In this document: positions 27,674 to 37,271 of the stretch, piece after piece
Layout of the letters: each line of letters begins with the position of its first letter
Numbering within the stretch: the stretch's first letter is position 1
Source: Nitrosopumilaceae archaeon
GTDB taxonomy: Archaea; Thermoproteota; Nitrososphaeria; Nitrososphaerales; Nitrosopumilaceae
Assembly (NCBI GenBank): GCA_965214835.1
Contig: CBDCCK010000002.1
Span: 2,784,001-2,848,000, forward strand
Direction: 5' to 3'
DNA length: 64,000 nucleotides
The notes under the pieces: generated by a model
The model's database searches: none
Told to the model about the DNA's origin: nothing
What the model saw: only the letters and a program-made list of their open reading frames with translations
Program-made: the position numbers and the translations under genes

Positions 27674-30331
27674 ATGAAGTCGGTATACGCATTTGAGGAG
27701 GCAGACAGCAAGAACAGAATGCTTCTAGGCGGAAAAGGCGCCGGACTAAGCGAGATGACCCGGCTAAAGCTGCCGGTGCCACCGGGGTTTACCATCACGA
27801 CTGAGGTCTGCGCCAAGTATTACGCAAACGGTCAAAGACTGCCAAAGGACGTGATGCCCTCAGTGATGAAAAACATTGAAAAAATAGAGAAAAAGACAGG
27901 CAAGAAGTGGAACTCCGCCAAGAATCCACTGCTGGTCTCGGTGCGATCCGGTGCGGCAATATCGATGCCGGGCATGATGGATACGATTTTGAATTTGGGG
28001 CTAAACGAGGGAACCGTCAATGGACTGGCCGAGCAGACGCAAAATCCGCGTTTTGCCTGGGATTCATACAGGCGGTTTGTCCAGCTGTTTGGAAAGGTGG
28101 TGTTTGGTGTAAATGATGAAAGGTTCGAAGACGTGCTGGACTCGGCAAAATCCAGGCAGGGCACAAGGGACGACGGCCAGCTAAGCGTCGAATCGCTAAA
28201 GAAGGTCGTTGCGCAGTACAAAAGGATCTGTGAAAAACACGCCAAAAGGAGATTCCCAGACTCGCCTGACGAGCAGCTGAGCCTGTCAATCGAGGCGGTA
28301 TTCAAAAGCTGGATGGGCGAGAGGGCAGTCGTTTACCGTGAGAAAAACGGCATAACCAGGGACGTTGCAAGCGGAACCGCGGTAAACGTCGTGGCAATGG
28401 TATTTGGCAACATGGGCGACGACAGTGCCACAGGAGTCGTATTTACAAGAAACGGCCACAACGGCAGAAAGGAGCTGGAGGGCGAATACCTGATCAACGC
28501 GCAGGGAGAAGACGTTGTTGCAGGAGCAAGAACGGGGAAAAACGTATCCCTACTCAGAAAGGAGATGCCAGAGTCATATGACGAGCTAAACAAGGCATGC
28601 GCAAAGCTGGAAAGGCACTTTAGGGAGCCGCAGGACATCGAGTTTACCATAGAGCAGGGAAGGTTCTACCTGCTGCAGACAAGGGCCGCAAAAATGAGCG
28701 CCATGGCGCTGGTAAAGACGTCAGTTGACATGGTAAGGGAGAAGCTGATTGACAAGAACAGGGCACTCATGAGGATACCTGCACAGCAGCTAGAGGCACT
28801 GCTGCACAGGACGGTGGACGAGTCAGGGGTCAAGGACTTCAAGAAGCTGTGTGTGGGAATCGCCGCCTCGCCGGGGGCCGCAAGCGGGACTGCGGTATTT
28901 GACGTAAAAAAGGCAATAGAGCTCGGAGAGGCAGGAAGGAGGGTCATCCTGATCAGGCGGGAGACAAAGCCAGAGGACGTTCCGGCGTTCTTCTCATCAG
29001 AAGGCGTCCTGACCAGCCTGGGCGGCAAGTCATCACATGCTGCAATCGTCTCAAGGGGCATGGGAAAGCCGTGCATAGTGGGATGTGCGGATCTGAAAAT
29101 AGACTATGACGGCAGCAGGTGCACGGCAGGCGGGGTCACCGTAAGGGAGGGCCAGACGGTATCCATCGACGGCAGTACGGGCGCAGTATACATAGGCAAA
29201 GTCCCCACGGTGGAGCCAAGGGTCACAAGGGACTTTGAGCAGATCCTAGACTGGGCGCAAGGGGCAAAGGTTCTGGGGGTCAGGGCCAATGCAGACACGC
29301 CGGAGGCCGCAAGGCTTGCACGGAGGTTCGGTGCAAGGGGTATAGGACTGTGCAGGACCGAGAGAATGTTCAACGCAGGCGACAGGATCGGACTGTTCGT
29401 CGACATGATCATGGCAGACGGCACCGACGAGCGCGCCAGGATCCTCAAAAAGCTGGGACGGCTGCAAAAAAGCGACTTTGTCCAGATCCTGAGGGCAATG
29501 GAGGGCCACGAGGTGACCATCAGGCTGCTTGATCCCCCGCTGCACGAGTTCCTGCCAAACCCGGAGGAGCTGGCAGAGAAAATCCGCAAGCTAAAGGCAA
29601 AAAAGGCGGCAGGGGAGCTCAAAAAGGCAGAGGTCGTCCTGAGACGGGCAAGGGAGCTGGCAGAGGTAAACCCGATGATGGGGCACAGGGGGGTCAGGGT
29701 CGGAATCACGTATCCGGAGATCTACGAGATGCAGATTCGCGCAGTATTTGAGGCGCTTGTGGCACTGACAAAGAGGGGGACAAGAGCGCACCCCCAGATC
29801 ATGATTCCCCAGATCAGCAGCGTCGCAGAACTGGATCACATCAAGAAGATTTATGACAAAATAAAGAGCGAGGTCGAGGCCAAAAACAGGATGAGGCTGA
29901 CGGTAAGCTTTGGGACGATGATCGAGGTCGTGAGGGCCGCACTGACTGCAGGCGAGCTTGCAGGAACGGCGGAGTTCTTCAGCTTTGGCACCAATGATCT
30001 GACGCAGGGAACGTTCAGCTTCAGCAGGGAGGACGTGGAGGGAAAGTTCCTTCCCGAATACATGGAAAAGGAGCTACTAGAGAAAAGCCCGTTCCAGTCA
30101 ATTGACGTAGGCGGGGTCGGCAGCCTAATGAGGATGGGAATCGCCCACGGACGAAAGGCCAGAAAGGGCATGGAGGTCGGAATATGCGGGGAGCACGGTG
30201 GGGATCCAAGCTCGATTGAGTTCTGCCATGATGCGGGCCTAAGCTACGTCAGCGCCTCGCCGCACAGGATACCCATTGCAATCGTCGCCGCAGCACAGGC
30301 GGCGATCAAGAAGCCGGCGGGACGAAAATAG
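27674..30331 (+). CDS. ppdK: Pyruvate, phosphate dikinase
   Basis: LLGGKGAGL, VSVRSGA, NAQGEDVV, GGKSSHAAIV, FSFGTNDLTQ, GICGEHGG. Confidence 0.97.
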   Translation: MKSVYAFEEADSKNRMLLGGKGAGLSEMTRLKLPVPPGFTITTEVCAKYYANGQRLPKDVMPSVMKNIEKIEKKTGKKWNSAKNPLLVSVRSGAAISMPGMMDTILNLGLNEGTVNGLAEQTQNPRFAWDSYRRFVQLFGKVVFGVNDERFEDVLDSAKSRQGTRDDGQLSVESLKKVVAQYKRICEKHAKRRFPDSPDEQLSLSIEAVFKSWMGERAVVYREKNGITRDVASGTAVNVVAMVFGNMGDDSATGVVFTRNGHNGRKELEGEYLINAQGEDVVAGARTGKNVSLLRKEMPESYDELNKACAKLERHFREPQDIEFTIEQGRFYLLQTRAAKMSAMALVKTSVDMVREKLIDKNRALMRIPAQQLEALLHRTVDESGVKDFKKLCVGIAASPGAASGTAVFDVKKAIELGEAGRRVILIRRETKPEDVPAFFSSEGVLTSLGGKSSHAAIVSRGMGKPCIVGCADLKIDYDGSRCTAGGVTVREGQTVSIDGSTGAVYIGKVPTVEPRVTRDFEQILDWAQGAKVLGVRANADTPEAARLARRFGARGIGLCRTERMFNAGDRIGLFVDMIMADGTDERARILKKLGRLQKSDFVQILRAMEGHEVTIRLLDPPLHEFLPNPEELAEKIRKLKAKKAAGELKKAEVVLRRARELAEVNPMMGHRGVRVGITYPEIYEMQIRAVFEALVALTKRGTRAHPQIMIPQISSVAELDHIKKIYDKIKSEVEAKNRMRLTVSFGTMIEVVRAALTAGELAGTAEFFSFGTNDLTQGTFSFSREDVEGKFLPEYMEKELLEKSPFQSIDVGGVGSLMRMGIAHGRKARKGMEVGICGEHGGDPSSIEFCHDAGLSYVSASPHRIPIAIVAAAQAAIKKPAGRK

Positions 30332-30359
30332 TTTAAACCAGCACCCTGCAAGTACCATC

Positions 30360-30911
30360 ATGCTTCCAAGGATCGACTCGATCAAGCAGATGAGGCTCAA
30401 GGCAGGAATCACGCAGAAAAGGCTGGCAGGCATGGCAGGGGTCAGCACCTCGATGATAAACCAGATAGAGTCAGGCAGGAGCAGGCCGAGCTATGAGACG
30501 GCAAAAAGGATCTTCGACAGCCTGGCCACGCTCGAGGGCGAGTCGTCATCACATACGGCGGGGGACTTTTGCAGCAGGGATATTGCAAAGCTCAGGCCGG
30601 GCAACACCCTGTATGATGCAATCAAAAAGATGCACGAGCTCTCAATCAGCCAGATTCCGATATTTGACGGGGCCGAGCCGGTAGGCCTGGTCTCAGAGGA
30701 CGGCATCGTAAGGCACCTCTCAGACGGCGGGACGGAGCTGAAAAAGGCCAAGATCTCAGACGCCATGGACTCGATCCCGCCGATAGTGGACTTTGAGACC
30801 CCTGCAAACGTACTGGTTCCCCTGATCAGGTACTCAAAGTGCATCCTTGTCTCAAGGCAGACGAGGGTCATCGGGATAATCACGGCATCAGACACCCTGA
30901 GGATGGTATAA
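30360..30911 (+). CDS. XRE-HTH plus tandem CBS-domain transcriptional regulator
   Basis: ITQKRLA...INQIESG; ISQIPI; GIITASD. Confidence 0.9.
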   Translation: MLPRIDSIKQMRLKAGITQKRLAGMAGVSTSMINQIESGRSRPSYETAKRIFDSLATLEGESSSHTAGDFCSRDIAKLRPGNTLYDAIKKMHELSISQIPIFDGAEPVGLVSEDGIVRHLSDGGTELKKAKISDAMDSIPPIVDFETPANVLVPLIRYSKCILVSRQTRVIGIITASDTLRMV

Positions 30912-30925
30912 CGGCAGACCCAAGG

Positions 30926-31037
30926 GTCTGCGCGGCTCCAGCCGGCAGGACTGCTGTCCAAGCCTCAGGGCAGCCGAGCAGAGACTCAAGACACTTAATG
31001 TCTGCGCGGCTCCAGCCGGCAGGACTGCTGTCCAAGC
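30926..31037. repeat. 38-bp repeat / 36-bp insert / repeat (period 74)
   Basis: GTCTGCGCGGCTCCAGCCGGCAGGACTGCTGTCCAAGC at 30926-30963 and 31000-31037. Confidence 0.95.
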
Positions 31038-31206
31038 ACGGAGGCCGCAGCTGCGCGTGGACTCATGCAATTAGTTAAAGGTCGGTGACCACATACTCTA
31101 CTAGATTTGGGTCTAAATTTAATAGCGTATTGTGGGCATGTTCGGTATGGACATATTGTATGCCACCCCCCCCCCCGGGGCGGCCCGGATGCGGCAGAGG
31201 TAGTCT

Positions 31207-34200
31207 GTGGCCATGATATGTAGGCACACATCAGATCCTGCAGTGACGGTTTGCATGCTCATTGCGTTCGTCGCGGCAGCGGCGGGCCTGACAGCGGTAG
31301 GCGAGCCTGTGCCGGTGGCGCACGCCCTGCAAACGCAGTATCTCAACGTGACTGCCGCCGGGCATCTGGCCGACGCCGGGGAGCTGATCCTCGACGAGCC
31401 GCTCGACTTGGATCTGTACACGATCGGAGACAAAATCTACGTGGCAGTATCCACGCGCGGCGGCCCCTTTAATGGCCCAGGTCCCCACGGCCTCCAGCTG
31501 ATCAACATTACCGATCCCTATGATCCTGTCGGCCTAGGACAGCTTACAAACGAAGAGATCCCGGCACTGTACCAGCCAGGCAGCATACACGCCTTTCAGA
31601 TCGGAGGCGGCGCATATGCGGCGATGGGCAGCGCCAATGGGGGCATCCAGTTCATCAACGTCACCGATCCCACCGATCCGGAGGCCGCAGCGCATATGAG
31701 CAGCGCCGCCTTGAACTTAACCAGGAACGTCTACATGGACACGTTCACGTCTGGAGGCGAGACCCACATGGTGGCAGTAGCCGCAAACAACAAAGGCATC
31801 CGGGTGATCAACGTGACGGATCCGTACGACCCGCGGCACGTTGGAACCCTGCTGGACGACGAATCCCTTTTGCTTAACAGCGGCCGCAGCGCGGACATAT
31901 TTGAGACAGATGGCAGAGTCTACACACTGGTGGTCTCGCGCGCCGGCGGCATTCAGATAGTAGATGTCAGTGATCCCCGCAGTCCGGCTCCGGCAGGACA
32001 CCTGGATAGCCCCAACTCGCTGCTGCTCAACAGCACCAGTGATGGAGACACCTTTGAGGTGAACTCGCGGATCTACGCGGCGGTGGTCGACGACTTTGAA
32101 AGCTTTTTCCACATAGTCGACATCACGGATCCCCACAATCCGATCACGTTCAGGAGCCTGCCGGCCGATCGCGGATCTTCAGCCCACTTTGACCCCCAGA
32201 GTGTGCATGTCTTCAAGATCGACTCTGCCATCTATGCGGCGGTGATCTCCTACCACGACAGCACCACCACGTTTCAGGTAATCGATGTCAGCGACCCGGC
32301 CTTTCCGGCGGGAGCCGGGCGGCTGGTGGACGCCGAGGGCCCCGACGAGTTGCTGCTTGATGGAGCCCAGGAGACAAGGACATTCGAGGTGGACGGTGTC
32401 ACCTATGCGGTATTGGCAAGCATAATCGACACCGGCATCCAGATAGTAAAGATGGAGCCCCTGTCCGACGAGTTTGAACCCGTCTTCAGATCCGCCGTTT
32501 TGAACCTGATAACCGGCAAGATGACAGTCGAGTTCGACGAGGTAACAGACATCTCCGAGACCGACCTATCCAAGATGTACATAAGCGACGTAAACCAGAC
32601 AAACACCGTTTCGTTGAACGGCGCCATGATGAACTTTTCGTCTGCCGACGTCGAGACCCTCTCGCTTACACTGACCGAGTCCCAGCTAACGCAGGTGTTT
32701 CCGATGGATGAGCCAGAGCTCGATATTACCGTCGGCGCCGTAGTAGACATACTTGGAAACCAGATAAAAGACTCGCCTGACAACCCGATCACGGTCATTA
32801 CCGACACGACACCGCCCGTCATTACAGTAAACGGCGACAACCCTGTCACCATCGAGCTGGGCAGCAGCTATACGGATGCCGGCGCGAGTGCCACCGACAA
32901 CGATCCGGCATATGACGGGACTGTGAGCGACGACGCTGCCAGCGTGGACGCCGGCAGGTCCGGCAGCTATACGGTAACCTACACTGCCACCGATCCGTCC
33001 AGCAATACCGCGACTGCTACCAGGATAGTGCATGTCAATGATACCACAAAGCCGGTCATCGAACTAAACGGGAACTTGACTGTCACAGTAGAGCTGGGCG
33101 ACGCCTACGCCGAGCTGGGCGCCAACGTAACTGACAACGATCCCACGTATCCAGCCACCGAGGCCACCGTCGGCGGCGATACCGTCGACGTGAATTCGGT
33201 GGGAAACTACATCATAAACTATACGGCACCGGCAGATGCGGCAGGCAACGTCCCCGACGAGGTGACCCGCACCGTCATAGTCCAGGACACCAATGCCCCG
33301 GTGATCACACTAAACGGCAACAACCCGCTGCATCATGAGCTTGGAGACGACCCCTACGTGGATCCGGGAGCGACAACAAACGACGGCTCTACTGTAACAA
33401 TCAACTCCACGGCAGTCGACGTCTACGTGCGCGGCGACTATACTGTCAGATTCAACGCCACTGACGAGAACAACAACACCGGCACGGCCACCAGGACAGT
33501 CGAGGTGCGTGACACAACAAAGCCGGTCATTGCGCTAAACGGAGGGGACGTCACAGTCGAGCTTGGAGGCACATACACCGAGCAGGACGCCACCGTATCT
33601 GACAACGATCCGGCATACAGCGGAAACGTCACCGCTACGGGCGCCGTGGACACAGCCAAGGCGGCTACATACACCATAACATATACTGCGCCGCCAGATG
33701 CTGCAAACAACACACCTGATTCCGTGGAAAGGACGGTGACAGTCCAGGACACAACAAAGCCGGTCATTGCGCTAGACGGATCCCCCAGCATTACAGTAGA
33801 GCTAGGTAATAGATATAACGAACCCGGTGTCAGTGTAACTGACAACGATCCGGCATACACTGGCACGGTGAATTATAGTTATTTTCGCAGTAATGAAACT
33901 CCTTGGATATCAATAGACACGTTAGTTGTAAAGTCCGTTGGAGTTCACAACGTAACCTATACTGCGCCAGCAGATGCGGCAGGCAACGTACCCGACGAGG
34001 TGACCCGCACCGTCATAGTCCAGGACACCAATGCCCCGGTGATCACACTAAACGGCAACAACCCGCTGCATCATGAGCTTGGAGACGACCCCTACGTGGA
34101 TCCGGGAGCGACAACAAACGACGGCTCTACTGTAACAATCAACTCCACGGCAGTCGACGTCTACGTGCGCGGCAACTATACTGTAACCTTCAACGCCACT

Positions 34201-37161
34201 GACGAGAACAACAACACCGGCACGGCCACCAGGACAGTCGAGGTGCGTGACACAACAAAGCCGGTCATTGCGCTAAACGGAGGGGACGTCACAGTCGAGC
34301 TTGGAGGCACATACACCGAGCAGGACGCCACCGTATCTGACAACGATCCGGCATACAGCGGAAACGTCACCGCTACGGGCGCCGTGGACACAGCCAAGGC
34401 GGCTACATACACCATAACATATACTGCGCCGCCAGATGCTGCAAACAACACACCTGATTCCGTGGAAAGGACGGTGACAGTCCAGGACACAACAAAGCCG
34501 GTCATTGCGCTAGACGGATCCCCCAGCATTACAGTAGAGCTAGGTAATAGATATAACGAACCCGGTGTCAGTGTAACTGACAACGATCCGGCATACACTG
34601 GCACGGTGAATTATAGTTATTTTCGCAGTAATGAAACTCCTTGGATATCAATAGACACGTTAGTTGTAAAGTCCGTTGGAGTTCACAACGTAACCTATAC
34701 TGCGCCAGCAGATGCGGCAGGCAACGTACCCGACGAGGTGACCCGCACCGTCATAGTCCAGGACACCAATGCCCCGGTGATCACACTAAACGGCAACAAC
34801 CCGCTGCATCATGAGCTTGGAGACGACCCCTACGTGGATCCGGGAGCGACAACAAACGACGGCTCTACTGTAACAATCAACTCCACGGCAGTCGACGTCT
34901 ACGTGCGCGGCAACTATACTGTAACCTTTGAGGCGACCGACGGGGAGGACAACACCGGCATGGCCACCAGGACAGTCGAGGTGCGTGATACTACAAAGCC
35001 GGTCATCAAACTCAACGGGAACTCTACTGTAACCGTCGAGCGCGGCAACACCTACACCGAGCTGGGCGCCAACGTGACTGACAACGATCCCGCATACATG
35101 ACCACCAATGCCACAGTCGGCGGCGATGCCGTCGACGTGGATTCGGTGGGAAGCTACGTCATAAACTATACGGCGCCCGCAGATGACGCCGGCAATGAGC
35201 CTGACGCCGTCACCAGGACGGTGCAGGTGCGCGACAGCCTGCCGCCCACATTTGCGTCGGCGACCCTTAACGAGAACACTGGGGCAATGATGATCATGTT
35301 TGACGAGACCGTCGATGTCTCGGCTACCAACCTGTCGCTGCTGTATGTCAGTGACATAAACCAGACAAATACAGTTCCGCTGAACGGCGCCATGATGAAC
35401 TTTTCGTCTGCCGACGTCGAGACCCTCTCACTTACGCTAGTCGAGTCCCAGATGTTGCATGTGTTTCCAATGGGAACCCCGCAGCTGGACATCTCCGCCG
35501 GTGCCGTATCAGATATACTCAGCAACCAGATAGAGGACTCTCCGGACAACCCGATCACGGTCATCCCCGACACCACAAAGCCCGTCATTGACCTCAATGG
35601 AAACTCTACCATCACAATCGAGCTGGGCGACAGCTACACCGAACCGGGTGCCACCGTATCTGACAACGATCCTACCTACAAAGTGACGGTGAGTATCGCC
35701 GGGACGGTGAACGCGACAACCGTGGGAAGCTATAACGTGACATATACGGCGCCCGCAGATGACGCCGGCAATGAGCCTGACGCCGTCACCAGGACGGTGC
35801 AGGTGCGCGACAGCATGCCGCCCACCTTTGCATCGGCGACCCTTGACGAGAATACTGGGGCAATGACGATCACGTTTGATGAGACCGTCGATGTCTCGGT
35901 TACCAACCTGTCACTGCTGTATGTCAGTGACGTAAACCAGGTAAACGACGTTACGCTGGGCGGCGCCATGATGGACTTTGGCTCTGCCGACGTCGATACC
36001 CTCTCGCTTACACTAACCGAGCCCCAGCTGCTGCAGGTGTTTCCGATGGGTACTCCGCAGCTCGACATCACCGCTGGCGCCGTATCGGATCTGTCTGGAA
36101 GCATGATAGATGATTCACCGGACAATACAATTGCACTCACCGAGATTGTTCCAGTCGATGACGATGATACTGACACCGAAGTGCCGCCGCCCAACGGAGG
36201 CGGACCTGGATCCAATGGCGACACGGACGGCGGACGACCATCAGGCGGCGGTGGCGGCGGTGGCGGCGGTGGCGGTGGCAGCCGAGGATCCAACACCAAC
36301 ACAGACATCAGGCAGACATCAGGCGGCGGCAGAGACCTGGTCAACATACTGTCCATATCATGGGACTGTTCCACAGAGTTGATCAGGACGACCGTCGAGC
36401 CAGACACAGGAGACCTGTCCGTGTTGGTGCGCACCAGCGAGTACGGCACCCAACGGGCCGTCGAAGTGCCCGCCAACGGGCTGGCTAATCCTGCAGGATA
36501 CAGGGTATTCACAGCCAAGATGCACAGTGAGGAGAGTTACATAGGGGTCGACGCGGTGCTGCTCCTAGGAAGCAGCCTGTTGCGTGACAAGGAGTCGGTA
36601 AATGTGGACTCATGCACAGGCCAGGAGACCTTCAATTACGGCGAGGTACTCTTCCCGCCCGAAACCGTCCTAGTGTCCGACGAGACGCCAGACGAGTCTG
36701 ATGCAGGAGAATCCATACGTCCGGCGGTACCCCCACCCACCCAAGTGGACATGGTTCTGCCCGGGCACTTCGGGTGCGGGCCTGGCGTCGAACTGATCGA
36801 CGGTGTGTGCCTCCCCGCAGTGCGGACGGGCGGATGTGGGCCCGGTGCCGAGCTGATCGACGGTGTGTGCCTCCCCGCAGTGCGGACGGGCGGATGTGGG
36901 CCCGGTGCCGAGCTGATCGACGGTGTGTGCACACTCCTAGATCAGTCCGGCGCTATCCCCCCACAAGACGCCATCTCAGACGACCAGCCCGCCATGTGGG
37001 CATCCCCCGTACCGTTCGGCTTTGGCATAGATCTGCTCATAAGCGCAGTAGTCGTGGCCATCATGGCCCTGATCATGGGAATCATCCTGTGGGTTATATC
37101 CAAGTTGAGAAGATCAAGGGATCATCAGGAGGCGGCCCCTACACCGGGGACCACCATCTGA
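31207..37161 (+). CDS. Giant membrane-anchored surface protein (LVIVD-like propeller, DUF5011/HYR-like Ig repeats, Gly-rich linker, C-terminal TM)
   Basis: Signal-like N-terminus; QIVDVSDP repeats; DTTKPVI...YTA units; GCGPG-E-LIDGVC repeats; hydrophobic C-terminal helix. Confidence 0.88.
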   Translation: MAMICRHTSDPAVTVCMLIAFVAAAAGLTAVGEPVPVAHALQTQYLNVTAAGHLADAGELILDEPLDLDLYTIGDKIYVAVSTRGGPFNGPGPHGLQLINITDPYDPVGLGQLTNEEIPALYQPGSIHAFQIGGGAYAAMGSANGGIQFINVTDPTDPEAAAHMSSAALNLTRNVYMDTFTSGGETHMVAVAANNKGIRVINVTDPYDPRHVGTLLDDESLLLNSGRSADIFETDGRVYTLVVSRAGGIQIVDVSDPRSPAPAGHLDSPNSLLLNSTSDGDTFEVNSRIYAAVVDDFESFFHIVDITDPHNPITFRSLPADRGSSAHFDPQSVHVFKIDSAIYAAVISYHDSTTTFQVIDVSDPAFPAGAGRLVDAEGPDELLLDGAQETRTFEVDGVTYAVLASIIDTGIQIVKMEPLSDEFEPVFRSAVLNLITGKMTVEFDEVTDISETDLSKMYISDVNQTNTVSLNGAMMNFSSADVETLSLTLTESQLTQVFPMDEPELDITVGAVVDILGNQIKDSPDNPITVITDTTPPVITVNGDNPVTIELGSSYTDAGASATDNDPAYDGTVSDDAASVDAGRSGSYTVTYTATDPSSNTATATRIVHVNDTTKPVIELNGNLTVTVELGDAYAELGANVTDNDPTYPATEATVGGDTVDVNSVGNYIINYTAPADAAGNVPDEVTRTVIVQDTNAPVITLNGNNPLHHELGDDPYVDPGATTNDGSTVTINSTAVDVYVRGDYTVRFNATDENNNTGTATRTVEVRDTTKPVIALNGGDVTVELGGTYTEQDATVSDNDPAYSGNVTATGAVDTAKAATYTITYTAPPDAANNTPDSVERTVTVQDTTKPVIALDGSPSITVELGNRYNEPGVSVTDNDPAYTGTVNYSYFRSNETPWISIDTLVVKSVGVHNVTYTAPADAAGNVPDEVTRTVIVQDTNAPVITLNGNNPLHHELGDDPYVDPGATTNDGSTVTINSTAVDVYVRGNYTVTFNATDENNNTGTATRTVEVRDTTKPVIALNGGDVTVELGGTYTEQDATVSDNDPAYSGNVTATGAVDTAKAATYTITYTAPPDAANNTPDSVERTVTVQDTTKPVIALDGSPSITVELGNRYNEPGVSVTDNDPAYTGTVNYSYFRSNETPWISIDTLVVKSVGVHNVTYTAPADAAGNVPDEVTRTVIVQDTNAPVITLNGNNPLHHELGDDPYVDPGATTNDGSTVTINSTAVDVYVRGNYTVTFEATDGEDNTGMATRTVEVRDTTKPVIKLNGNSTVTVERGNTYTELGANVTDNDPAYMTTNATVGGDAVDVDSVGSYVINYTAPADDAGNEPDAVTRTVQVRDSLPPTFASATLNENTGAMMIMFDETVDVSATNLSLLYVSDINQTNTVPLNGAMMNFSSADVETLSLTLVESQMLHVFPMGTPQLDISAGAVSDILSNQIEDSPDNPITVIPDTTKPVIDLNGNSTITIELGDSYTEPGATVSDNDPTYKVTVSIAGTVNATTVGSYNVTYTAPADDAGNEPDAVTRTVQVRDSMPPTFASATLDENTGAMTITFDETVDVSVTNLSLLYVSDVNQVNDVTLGGAMMDFGSADVDTLSLTLTEPQLLQVFPMGTPQLDITAGAVSDLSGSMIDDSPDNTIALTEIVPVDDDDTDTEVPPPNGGGPGSNGDTDGGRPSGGGGGGGGGGGGSRGSNTNTDIRQTSGGGRDLVNILSISWDCSTELIRTTVEPDTGDLSVLVRTSEYGTQRAVEVPANGLANPAGYRVFTAKMHSEESYIGVDAVLLLGSSLLRDKESVNVDSCTGQETFNYGEVLFPPETVLVSDETPDESDAGESIRPAVPPPTQVDMVLPGHFGCGPGVELIDGVCLPAVRTGGCGPGAELIDGVCLPAVRTGGCGPGAELIDGVCTLLDQSGAIPPQDAISDDQPAMWASPVPFGFGIDLLISAVVVAIMALIMGIILWVISKLRRSRDHQEAAPTPGTTI
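33232..34990 (+). repeat. 738-bp near-identical tandem duplication (about 2.4 units) within the surface gene
   Basis: GCAGATGCGGCAGGCAACGT recurs at about 33232, 33970 and 34708. Confidence 0.85.
36772..36930 (+). repeat. 60-bp coding tandem repeat (GCGPGAELIDGVCLPAVRTG)
   Basis: Three Cys-pair units with identical linkers. Confidence 0.85.
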
Positions 37162-37271
37162 GCGGGCCACCATACATCCGGAAATGTAACAGTTCGGGCC
37201 AGGGAAGCGTACGAGGCCACCAATCAGGCACGAATTAGCATGTATGATTGTGATTTTCATGCCTGGCCATC

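Noticed and set aside
36772-36930. GCGPG..LIDGVC repeats as a fifth spacer-like event
   Set aside because: Period is 60 bp, in frame, and the motif is a normal Cys-pair protein repeat
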